Part shown: positions 40,035 to 48,887 of the stretch, one piece after another
Layout of the letters: each line of letters opens with the position of its first letter
How positions within the stretch are numbered: position 1 is the stretch's first letter
DNA from: Ruminococcaceae bacterium UBA1425
Lineage (GTDB): Bacteria; Bacillota; Clostridia; Oscillospirales; Acutalibacteraceae
Length of the DNA stretch: 64,000 nt
Reading direction: 5' to 3'
Assembly: GCA_002329365.1 (NCBI GenBank)
Contig: DCUB01000012.1
Coordinates: 34,245-98,244, forward strand
Notes under the pieces: generated by a model
Databases searched by the model: none
What the model was told of the DNA's origin: nothing
What the model saw: the letters and a program-made list of their open reading frames with translations, nothing else
Position numbers and translations under genes: made by a program

Positions 40035-42218
40035 ATGAAATTAAAAAAACTGTTCTGCATTATTATGGCTCTTGTTATTGCGGCCGCACTTTTGCCGTCG
40101 TGCAACAGGAATCCGGGCTTAAGCGAAACGCTTGCCCCCCCGGACGATACATGGCATGAAATACCGGCGGGCGAAACCGTAAGCGAAATGCCCGAGGAAG
40201 AAAGAAACGCGCTGATTCTTTCCATACTCGGCGAGGATTCCGCCTGGGACGGCGATTACAACACCTTAACCGATATTCAGAAAAACCTCATAGTTTCAAA
40301 AATGGCGGAGAGAGGCTATAACGTCAAAATCACCTCCGACGGCATAGTATATCTTTCAAGCGCGCCTGCCCCGACGGAGCAGGAGTTCATGGAAATTATA
40401 AAAGAAACCTTCGGAAACGATTTTGAGTGGACGGGATTTTCGTCGCTTACCGAATTGCAGCTTATTATGCTTACAAACGCTCTTAAAAAAGCTGGATACA
40501 GCGCGACTGTTACAAACGCCGGCATATCTTATTACAACACAAAGACGGCTCCGAAGTCGAAGAAGTATTATCAGAACCCGTCAAAATCCGAAATAGACGC
40601 CGTAGTAAAAGATGTGCTTAAGGATGATTACAGCTCATGGAACGGTAACCTCAAAAGCATCGATGAACCAAAGCTAAATCAGATAATCGATACCTTCAAC
40701 AACGCGGGCTATAACGTCGGAGTAAGCGACGACGGCTCAAGGCTCGAACGTCTTGAGGAGCCACCCTCGGAAACAACCGCAGTCATTAACACCGGCTCGC
40801 TCAACACGGGTTCAGGGACGACAACAAGGCCCTCCGGCGGCGAAGCGACAACAAAGCCTTCACCCGAAACCACAACAAAGCCCGGCGGCCCCGTTAAATC
40901 GCTTCAGCAAGCATCGCTTTTCACCTTCGGCGGCACGGGGGGCGACAGATTCCTAAACGCAGTTGCGCTTTCCGACGGCGGATATGTCGTTATCGGAAAC
41001 TTCCAGTCCAGCAACGGCGATTATGCCGACGCCACAGGAAACTGGACAATGATCCGAAGCTCCGTCATAAGGTTTGACGAGTCGGGCAACGTCGTATGGA
41101 AGCGCTATATAGGCGGCGACGGCGGGCTTGAGCTTAAGGCCGCGGCCCAGCTTAAGGACGGCGGCATTGTCTGCGTAGGGTACACAACCTCCAAGGTAAT
41201 AAGCACGCTCGACGGCAACCTTAACATCACGGGAACAAAAAACGGCGTTGACGGAATAATTGTAAAATATAAACAAAACGGTGACCTCGATTGGGCAAAG
41301 ATTGTAAAGGGCAGCAAGGGCGACACCTTTGTTTCGGTTTGCGCAACTCCCGACGGCGACTTCATTGTGGGCGGCAAAACCGAGTCGAGCGACGGTGACT
41401 TCGCGGGGCTGAAGGACGGCTTTATCGCGGCCGTCCTCACAAGATACTCGGCGGACGGTCAGACGGTGCAATGGAGGCTTGCCTTCTCGGGCAGCATGTT
41501 CAACAGAATTGACGCTGTCGCGACAACGCCCGACGGCTATGTCTACGCCGTCTGCAACACAAACTCCGGTGATCTGTTTTTCAGCGAATGGGCGGGGCAC
41601 GGCGACAGCGACACAATCGTTATGAAAATATCCATGAACGGCAAGCCGATTTGGTATAAATCGGTTTACAGCTCCGGATACGACGAGTTTCTCGGTCTTG
41701 CGGTAGCACCCGACGGAGGGTGCGTAATCGCCGGACGCTTTTCAGAAAACAGGCTGTCTGAGGGCACGTTCAACGGCATTCACAATTACGGCGGAACGGA
41801 CACGGCTGTTTTGAAGTTTAAGCCCGACGGCGTCAACGGCGAGGGCATTATCGAGTGGATAACTCCGATAGGAGGCCTGGGCTCGGATATTATGACCGGG
41901 CTTGTTGCGGTTAACGGCGGATATGTCGCCGTTGGACAGACGGCGTCGTCAAACCAGCAGTTCGCCGCCATCCTCAACAAGGGCGAGCTTGACGTATTCT
42001 TAGCTTACTTCAGCGAAAGCGGAATGCTGCTCGACATGAAGTCAGTGGCGGGCAGCCGCAACGACGCGGGACTCGGCATTGCCACATACGACGGCAAAAG
42101 GGTTATTGTGGTCGGCGCGACAAGGTCTGACGACGGCTCCTTCGCCGGTAAGCTGCCGAAAAGCAGCGGCTCGTCAAACATTTCGTATGTCGGCGTGTTC
42201 GACATAAAGAACAAATAA
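40035..42218 (+). CDS. Large putative lipoprotein: three N-terminal repeats of about 65 aa, a Thr/Pro-rich linker, and seven repeats of about 60 aa (beta-propeller-like)
   Basis: Signal peptide with LLPSC. Internal repeats are visible in the translation (DGGYVVIG..S.dGDF recurs seven times). Confidence 0.7.
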   Translation: MKLKKLFCIIMALVIAAALLPSCNRNPGLSETLAPPDDTWHEIPAGETVSEMPEEERNALILSILGEDSAWDGDYNTLTDIQKNLIVSKMAERGYNVKITSDGIVYLSSAPAPTEQEFMEIIKETFGNDFEWTGFSSLTELQLIMLTNALKKAGYSATVTNAGISYYNTKTAPKSKKYYQNPSKSEIDAVVKDVLKDDYSSWNGNLKSIDEPKLNQIIDTFNNAGYNVGVSDDGSRLERLEEPPSETTAVINTGSLNTGSGTTTRPSGGEATTKPSPETTTKPGGPVKSLQQASLFTFGGTGGDRFLNAVALSDGGYVVIGNFQSSNGDYADATGNWTMIRSSVIRFDESGNVVWKRYIGGDGGLELKAAAQLKDGGIVCVGYTTSKVISTLDGNLNITGTKNGVDGIIVKYKQNGDLDWAKIVKGSKGDTFVSVCATPDGDFIVGGKTESSDGDFAGLKDGFIAAVLTRYSADGQTVQWRLAFSGSMFNRIDAVATTPDGYVYAVCNTNSGDLFFSEWAGHGDSDTIVMKISMNGKPIWYKSVYSSGYDEFLGLAVAPDGGCVIAGRFSENRLSEGTFNGIHNYGGTDTAVLKFKPDGVNGEGIIEWITPIGGLGSDIMTGLVAVNGGYVAVGQTASSNQQFAAILNKGELDVFLAYFSESGMLLDMKSVAGSRNDAGLGIATYDGKRVIVVGATRSDDGSFAGKLPKSSGSSNISYVGVFDIKNK

Positions 42219-42305
42219 TACGCGCCGCGGTTATGGCTGTGACGTGATTCTGAATACTCGGGTGGCCGAGGGCCGATGTACCAATAAATGTTTGAATGTT
42301 AATGT

Positions 42306-42379
42306 CATAGGGGCGCACCTGTGTGTGCGCCCATAAACTTTATTATGCCTTGCGGAACGGTCAAGAACGTTCCCTACGC
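42306..42379. repeat. REP-like units: TAGGGGCGCAC-type hairpin (42306-42336) and family A unit (42350-42379)
   Basis: CATAGGGGCGCACCTGTGTGTGCGCCCATAA; TTGCGGAACGGTCAAGAACGTTCCCTACGC. Confidence 0.8.
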
Positions 42380-42430
42380 AAAATGATATGTTCACAGTTT
42401 GTTATAATTAAAAAGGGGCTATAAAAAACC

Positions 42431-42515
42431 GCGAACGGTCAGGACAAATTCCTGCATGTTGTTTTCAAAGCTTTGAGAAAACCAACATATGCAGGGAACG
42501 ATCCTGACCGTTACG
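42431..42515. repeat. Long form of the family A element (imperfect hairpin with arms of about 40 nt)
   Basis: GCGAACGGTCAGGACAAATTCCTGCATGTTGTTTTCAAAG / CTTTGAGAAAACCAACATATGCAGGGAACGATCCTGACCGTTACG. Related to 37921-38004. Confidence 0.85.
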
Positions 42516-42537
42516 ATTTTTATTGCCTCGTTATGAA

Positions 42538-43605
42538 TTAAAACTTAATGACCTCGTTTTTCGCAGCCGACTCAAAAATGGATTCGATAAGTTTTACGGA
42601 ATTCCTGAGCTGGTCGTGCGTTACTACAATAGGCTCCTCGCCGTTAATGGCGGCTATCAGGTTTTTGTAGTAGGATGCCCAGTCGGCGTCAACCTTTTCT
42701 ATGGGAACGCTCTTGACGGTGTCGCTGTTTCTCGGCGCCATTGTTTTTGTAAGCCCCGCTCCCGCCGCGACAGGCGTTACGTCGTATTTTTCCCAGTTGA
42801 TGACCTTGACTATCTCGCCGTCGCATCTCCAGTTCTTGATTACGGCGGAGCCGTTATCGCCGAGAACATACCAGCGCGGCATTTCGATGAAGTTGTTTGT
42901 GACAACCTCTACAAGCCATTCTATGCCGCCCTCAAATTTGCAGATTGCATAAAATCCGTCGTCGCACTCGTCATTTGTGATGTTTGTCATCGTCGCGTAT
43001 ACTGAAAGCAGCTTTCGGGGAGCCATCATCATGAGCATCTGGTCGAGCAGATGAACGCCCCAGTCGAGCAGCATGCCTCCGCCGTGCTCCTTTTCGCCGC
43101 GCCAGCCTTCGGGAATGCCGTGCGAGCCGTGAACCTTTGACTCGAAGCGGAAGACGTTTCCGACTGTCTTTTCTTCAAAAATCTTTTTTGCCGTAAGGTA
43201 GTCCTCGTCCCAGCGCCTGTTCTGATGAACGGTGAAAAGCTTGCCCGACTCATTGGCGGCGGCTATCATGTCCTCAAGGTCATCTGATGTCATTGTCACG
43301 GGCTTTTCGCACACCACGTTTTTGCCCGCTCTCAACGCGTCGATAACGATTTCCTTATGTACGTCGTTCGGGGTTGCGACAACGACGACGTCGATACGGT
43401 TGTCGGCGAGCAGCTCCTTTCGGGAATTGAAACAGCTTATCCCCTTTTTCTTTGCCACTTCATGCCTTTTGGGGTCAATGTCGTAGACGCCTATAAGCTC
43501 AATGCCGTCTACCGTCTGCATTTTGTCGGCATGAAAGCCGCCCATTCCGCCATAGCCTATTACCGCTCCGCCGAGCGTTTTTTTACCCATATCATTCACC
43601 TTCAA
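42538..43605 (-). CDS. Gfo/Idh/MocA family oxidoreductase
   Basis: GAVIGYGGMGGFH Rossmann N-terminus and EKP motif. Confidence 0.85.
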   Translation of the reverse strand: MKVNDMGKKTLGGAVIGYGGMGGFHADKMQTVDGIELIGVYDIDPKRHEVAKKKGISCFNSRKELLADNRIDVVVVATPNDVHKEIVIDALRAGKNVVCEKPVTMTSDDLEDMIAAANESGKLFTVHQNRRWDEDYLTAKKIFEEKTVGNVFRFESKVHGSHGIPEGWRGEKEHGGGMLLDWGVHLLDQMLMMMAPRKLLSVYATMTNITNDECDDGFYAICKFEGGIEWLVEVVTNNFIEMPRWYVLGDNGSAVIKNWRCDGEIVKVINWEKYDVTPVAAGAGLTKTMAPRNSDTVKSVPIEKVDADWASYYKNLIAAINGEEPIVVTHDQLRNSVKLIESIFESAAKNEVIKF

Positions 43606-43634
43606 ATATTATATATATTGTGTGGTTTTTTGCC

Positions 43635-44600
43635 TTAAATCCACCACATTTCGCCGCTTTTTTCTGTTATTAAAACGCCTTTTAAGAATTCGACCGCCTT
43701 TGAAAGCCCCTCGTTCTGGCTCATGAGGCTGTCCTCGTGCTCAATGCTTATCGCGTAGTCGTAGCCCACCATGCGAAGGTTTGAAATGATGTCCTTCCAG
43801 TACTCCGCGCCGTTGCCGTAGCCTATCGAGCGGAAAATCCACGAACGGTTAAGCTCGTCGGCGTATGACTTCACGTCAAGTACGCCGTTTACGGCGGTGT
43901 TGTATTTGTCAAGCTTCGTATCCTTCGCGTGGAAATGGAATATGGCGTCGCCCAGCTTGCGGATACAGGCTACAGGCTCCATGCCCTGCCATATGAGATG
44001 GCTCGGGTCGAAGTTCGCACCGATTTCGGGACCGACGGCTTCGCGCAGCTTTAAAAGGCTTTCGGTGTTGTAGACGCAAAAGCCGGGATGCATTTCAAGC
44101 GCTATCTTGTTAACACCGTGCGTCTTCGCGAAAGACACAAGGTCTTTCCAGTAGGGAATCAGCACCTCGTTCCACTGCCATTCGAGCAGCTCCGAAAAGT
44201 CGTTCGGCCACGGACAAGTAACCCAGTTCGGATATTTCGCGTCTTTGCTGTCGCCGGGGCAGCCCGAAAACGTGTTAATCTGGTGAAGCCCCAGCTTTTC
44301 GGCAAGAAGTATGGCGTCGCGGATTACCTTGTCGCCCGCCGCCGCCTCGTCTTTGTTCGGATGAACGGGGTTCGCGTGGCAGCTTAGCGCGCTGATTTCA
44401 AGCCCGTATTTCGCGACTGTCGCCTTAAATTCCTCAAGCTTTGAAGCGTCTGACAGCAGCTCGTCGGGATTGGCGTGGGCGTTTCCCGGATATCCGCCGC
44501 AGCCTATCTCAATCATCTCAATGCCGAGCGACTTGAAGTATTTGCACGCCTCGTCAAGGGAGAGGTTGCTTAAAAGCGTGGTGAATACGCCGAGTTTCAT
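43635..44600 (-). CDS. Sugar phosphate isomerase/epimerase (xylose isomerase-like TIM barrel, 321 aa)
   Basis: IEIGCGG, ALEMHPG, FDPSH, HAKD and SIEHED motifs. Confidence 0.8.
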   Translation of the reverse strand: MKLGVFTTLLSNLSLDEACKYFKSLGIEMIEIGCGGYPGNAHANPDELLSDASKLEEFKATVAKYGLEISALSCHANPVHPNKDEAAAGDKVIRDAILLAEKLGLHQINTFSGCPGDSKDAKYPNWVTCPWPNDFSELLEWQWNEVLIPYWKDLVSFAKTHGVNKIALEMHPGFCVYNTESLLKLREAVGPEIGANFDPSHLIWQGMEPVACIRKLGDAIFHFHAKDTKLDKYNTAVNGVLDVKSYADELNRSWIFRSIGYGNGAEYWKDIISNLRMVGYDYAISIEHEDSLMSQNEGLSKAVEFLKGVLITEKSGEMWWI

Positions 44601-44702
44601 TTTTTCTCACCGTTTGCGGCACAAAAATATATCCCTTGCCGCATCCTTTCTTTTTTTCTGAGTCAATTGCGCGTATATAAGACTTTGAAAATACAATTTA
44701 CC

Positions 44703-44858
44703 TGTAGGGAACGGTCTTGACCGTTCCGCAAGGTTTTATGAAGCTTCGGACACGGCGCGCCGTGTCCCTGCACCCTTTATCACCCAGACCTTAACGTTAC
44801 GATTACGGTATAACCTTTACAATCCCCGGGTCGTCGAGGGCGCCGACACCTACAATTC
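44703..44858. repeat. REP-like cluster: family A unit 44703-44733, GGACACG palindrome 44745-44773, degenerate GTAG hairpin 44829-44858 (minus sense)
   Basis: TGTAGGGAACGGTCTTGACCGTTCCGCAAGG; TTCGGACACGGCGCGCCGTGTCCCTGCAC. Confidence 0.8.
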
Positions 44859-44864
44859 CGGGCA

Positions 44865-45590
44865 TTACACGTTTGCCTTTAAATATTCCATGCTGCGGGC
44901 GATGTCAAGCAGCCCCGTCGGCTCCGGGTCGTCGTTTTCAAGCACAAGCCACTCGAGTCCTATATCCTTAGCCGCTCTTATGACGGTCCCGAGGTCGCAG
45001 TCGCCCTCGCCGAGAGCCTTTGGCTTGCGGTCTGTTCCGTCCTTTATGTGAACGCCTATAATCCTGTCCTTGTTTTCGGTTATGTACTTATAATTGTCGA
45101 CTCCGGCACAGAAGCTCCAGTAGGTATCTATCTGAAGATATGCAGCCTCGCCTATCAGGTCCTCGCACAGCTTTCCGTCGAACTTGAACTTAAATTCCTC
45201 AGAGTGGTTGTGATAGTAGAATTTAATGCCCTCTTTTTCGCCCGCCTCGTTTGCCGCCTTGTAAATTCTTCTGAGCCTGTCAATGTCCTCCTTTGTGCCG
45301 TGAGCCGCGCCGCCCGTGCCGTAGGCGTTCATGCCAAGTATTTTTGCCGTTCTGATTGCCGCCGCGATGTTTTCCTCTCCGTCGAAGGTATCGACGCCGG
45401 AGTGGCATCCGACCGCTACAAGCCCCGCTTCGTCGAGCGCCGCCCTGATAACCTCGGGCTCAAGGCCGTTATAGCCCGCAAACTCCACGCCGTCAAAGCC
45501 GAGAGCCTTGACCTTTTTGAAGATTGCGAGAAACTCCTCGGGAGTGCTGTAATCACGTCTTAAGGAATAAAGCTGAACCGCAAATTTCAT
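44865..45590 (-). CDS. Sugar phosphate isomerase/epimerase (xylose isomerase-like TIM barrel, 241 aa)
   Basis: GFDGVEFAG, YHNH, HIKD and LENDD motifs. Confidence 0.8.
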   Translation of the reverse strand: MKFAVQLYSLRRDYSTPEEFLAIFKKVKALGFDGVEFAGYNGLEPEVIRAALDEAGLVAVGCHSGVDTFDGEENIAAAIRTAKILGMNAYGTGGAAHGTKEDIDRLRRIYKAANEAGEKEGIKFYYHNHSEEFKFKFDGKLCEDLIGEAAYLQIDTYWSFCAGVDNYKYITENKDRIIGVHIKDGTDRKPKALGEGDCDLGTVIRAAKDIGLEWLVLENDDPEPTGLLDIARSMEYLKANV

Positions 45591-45604
45591 GTTAAATACT
45601 CCTG

Positions 45605-46690
45605 TCAGTTAAAATAGACGGGCTTGCCTGTTTTTGAGGATTTGTAGATAGCCTCAAGAATCTGCGTGACGACAAGCGCCTGGCTCGCCTTTGTCGGAAC
45701 TTCCTTGTCGTTTATTACGGCGTCTATCCACGCCCTTGCCTCAAGCTCGGACGGTTCCGCGCCCCTGCTGCCTTCAAAGAACGCAACGCCTCCCGTTTTG
45801 AAGTCGGGTCTTTCTATAACCTGCCGGTTGTTCTTGACATAGTTTATGCGAAGTCCGTCGAGCATGTCTGCGCCCGCCTTATCGCCCGCAAGGAGAGTAA
45901 TTGCCTCGTGCGGGTCCGCGATATTCAAAGCCCAGCTTGATTCAAGGACAATAGTCGCGCCGTTTTTCATAACGATGAAGCCGAACGCGGAATCCTCGAC
46001 AGTGTACAGCTTGGGGTCCCAGTCGCCCCATGCGTTTGCCGTTTGTGTCTGGTCGCCGAGCATCTTGTATTTTGTGCCCACGACCATTTTCGGCTCGTAG
46101 TTGTTCATAAGCCACAGCGTAAGGTCGAGCGCGTGTGTGCCGATGTCGATAAGCGGGCCGCCGCCCTGCTCGTATTCGTTGAGGAAAACGCCCCATGTGG
46201 GAACGGCTCGGCGGCGGAGAGCTATCGCCCGCGCGTAATAAATGTTGCCGAGCTCGCCGTTTTGGCATACCTGTTTAAGATACTGCGAATCGCCCCTCCA
46301 GCGCTGCTGATAGCCTATTGTCAGCTTTTTGCCGGTGCGTACGGAGGCATCGTACATCTTTTTTGCCTCGGCATAGGTCTTTGCCATGGGCTTTTCGCAC
46401 ATGACGTGCTTGCCTGCCTCAAGAGCGTCGACTGTTATAAAGCTGTGCGAACGGTTCGGTGTACAAACATGAACGACGTCGATGGACTCGTCCTTTAAGA
46501 GCTCCTTGTAGTTTACATAGACCTTTGCGTCCTCTGTTCCGAACTTTTCGGCCGCCTTTACGGCTTTTTCCTCAACGATGTCGCAGAAGGCCACCATTTC
46601 GACCTCGGCTATTTTTGCGAGGTTCGGCATATGCTTGCCGTTTGCAATGCCGCCGCAGCCTATGATTCCGACCCTGACCTTTTTGCTCAT
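45605..46690 (-). CDS. Gfo/Idh/MocA family oxidoreductase
   Basis: Start at MSKKVRVGIIGCGGIANGKH. CEKP motif. Confidence 0.85.
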   Translation of the reverse strand: MSKKVRVGIIGCGGIANGKHMPNLAKIAEVEMVAFCDIVEEKAVKAAEKFGTEDAKVYVNYKELLKDESIDVVHVCTPNRSHSFITVDALEAGKHVMCEKPMAKTYAEAKKMYDASVRTGKKLTIGYQQRWRGDSQYLKQVCQNGELGNIYYARAIALRRRAVPTWGVFLNEYEQGGGPLIDIGTHALDLTLWLMNNYEPKMVVGTKYKMLGDQTQTANAWGDWDPKLYTVEDSAFGFIVMKNGATIVLESSWALNIADPHEAITLLAGDKAGADMLDGLRINYVKNNRQVIERPDFKTGGVAFFEGSRGAEPSELEARAWIDAVINDKEVPTKASQALVVTQILEAIYKSSKTGKPVYFN

Positions 46691-47042
46691 ATGGTTTTCC
46701 TCACATTCGTATTCATAATTTTTACCGTTCCGGAGCCGCTCCGGCAAACGCACGCCCCGCGTTTTTATGAAGCCCGCGAAGCGTTAATATACAAGCTTAA
46801 TTATAACTTTTTGTAGTGAATATGCAAGTAAAAAGACAAAAAAAACAGTAAAAAAGAACGCAGCATTTTTGTTGATATTTAACAAAAATACCGCGCGTGA
46901 TGTTCGTGTGTGAAAACGGGTTGAAAACGGTGAAAAGCATCCCCTCTTTTTTGCAATCCGCACTTTAAAAATACAGTCTTTACCGCTGAATGTCAATGAC
47001 TGATTGCTACTGTTTGACGGAGTTTCCGTAAATTAATACGCG

Positions 47043-47621
47043 TCAATCCTCGTATGTCCTTTCACAAACTTCGCGGATTTTGTCGCGCAGCTTTAAAAAA
47101 TCCTCAAGGGCAAGCGGCTTCTGGCTCTGGTTTCGCAGCAGGGACGCGGGGTGGAACGTGCCCATCATAAGCGTGCCGTTCTTTTCAAAAAAAACGCCGT
47201 GCTCCTGCGTTACCCTGAAGTCGGGTGATATGAGCCGCTGGGCGGATATCCTGCCTAAGCACACAATGATTTTAGGGCGCATAAGGCGAACCTGCTCGCG
47301 CAGCCATTTGATGCATTCGTCCTGCTCCTCCGGCTTCGGGTCGCGGTTTTGCGGGGGACGGCACTTGACCATATTGGCTATGTAGATGTTCTTATTTCTG
47401 TCAAGGTCTATTGCGTCGAGATATTTGTCCAAAAGCTGTCCGGCGCGCCCGACAAACGGCTCGCCCTTCAAATCCTCCTGCTCTCCGGGGCCCTCGCCCA
47501 CAAACATGACCTCTGCGTTTTCGTTACCCACACCGAAAACAAGGTTTGTCCGCGTTTCGCCCAAAGGACACCTCATGCAGGACATGCAGTCTTTTTTAAG
47601 CGGCTCCCAGCTGCCGTACAT
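47043..47621 (-). CDS. Uracil-DNA glycosylase, family 4
   Basis: C..C..C Fe-S Cys cluster at the N-terminus, GEGPG motif, HPS near the C-terminus. Confidence 0.85.
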   Translation of the reverse strand: MYGSWEPLKKDCMSCMRCPLGETRTNLVFGVGNENAEVMFVGEGPGEQEDLKGEPFVGRAGQLLDKYLDAIDLDRNKNIYIANMVKCRPPQNRDPKPEEQDECIKWLREQVRLMRPKIIVCLGRISAQRLISPDFRVTQEHGVFFEKNGTLMMGTFHPASLLRNQSQKPLALEDFLKLRDKIREVCERTYED

Positions 47622-47625
47622 CTTA

Positions 47626-48876
47626 TCACACCTTTTCGGAAAAATTGAAACGATAATACCGAAACATGCTCGGATTTAACATTACGATCACCATATCCGG
47701 CTTCAGCTTTAGTGCGTATTCCGAGACGGAACCGTAAAAATTCCTCATGTCGAGCGTGTGAAGCTCACGGCAGGCGGCGAGGGAAAGAAGCGGGGTGGCA
47801 ACGCAGGAAAACGAGTCGCGGATAATGAGAATCTTGCCTTCGGAGATGTTTTTGTTGATCGTTATTGTCTCGGAGTAATCGCGTCCCGAATACGCTAAAT
47901 ACGGGCTGCCCTCCATATAGTTTTTTTCAAGATGCTCCTTTTCGATAAACGCTTCATAAAAGCTGCCCTCGCGGCGGAATTCCTCACCGTCAAGGTAATG
48001 GTCATCTGTTTTATGATAAGAATAAACAATATCGGTTTCGTATTCGGGCAGTAAGAGCACGAAGTCATCGACACCGGCATAATACATGCCGACGCGTCTG
48101 CCGAGGCTGCCGAGGAACAAATCTTTATAAGTCGTCTGTGTAAATTTATCGCTGTCAAGCAGCGAAGGGTCTGTATTAAAGCCATAGTCATCGTTCAGCT
48201 TTTCACAAAGTCTCTGCATTGACCAAAGCGCGGTTGATGGCAGCCAGTGGTGGTCCGTGCGGAAAAACAGCGGATAATAGTCAAGCCCGGCTTTTTTGTA
48301 CTGCCCGCGCATATCAAACGTATCGACCGAATTGCCTTCAAGCACGGAAAGCACACAGTCGGCATTTTCGTTGCTGTAATCCTCGACTCCGACGGGCAGT
48401 TGCTTGTCATAGGCGCATATTTTACACGGCAGCTGTACATAAAGAAAATCTATTCCTTCCTCCGCGAGGAATTCGGAAAACTCGGTGATACCGCCGGTTA
48501 TTTCATTAAGACTTTAATCCGTAAGCTTCGGGAGGCAGGTTGTTAAATATCCGTTGTTCAAACGCACGACATCATTTTTGGGGCCTGCGTCATAAATATA
48601 ATCGTTTCCGATAACACGCTGTATCAGCCTGTTGAGGTGTATATAGAATGCCTTGAGTTTTATATCAGGTTCAAGATTAACTCCGCCGTAGCGGATGTCT
48701 AACAGCTTCAATACCGGTGCCTTGATCAGATATGAGAGGGATCTGTCGGACTGTAAAAAACCGTCGATGATATTCAACGCTTGAGGTTTGCATACTGAAA
48801 CCATCCCTACCGCAATATAAACGATAAAGAAAACGGACAAAAAATTATTCTTTACAGTTTTCAGGAGGCGTTTCAT
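47626..48876 (-). pseudogene. DHHW family protein (AlgX/AlgJ-like SGNH partner of MBOAT), interrupted by a single in-frame TAA at 48514-48516
   Basis: ORFs 48514-48876 and 47626-48354 are in the same frame. My hand translation of 48355-48513 is open and reads sensibly (SLNEITGGITEFSEFLAEEGIDFLYVQLPCK...). DHHW motif present (FFRTDHHW). Confidence 0.7.
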
Positions 48877-48887
48877 AGCAGCTCCCC

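Noticed and set aside
48195-48440. 81-aa ORF overlapping the junction of the split DHHW gene
   Set aside because: It is in a different frame from both DHHW fragments. The DHHW frame itself is open across this stretch except for one TAA, so the overlapping ORF is spurious.
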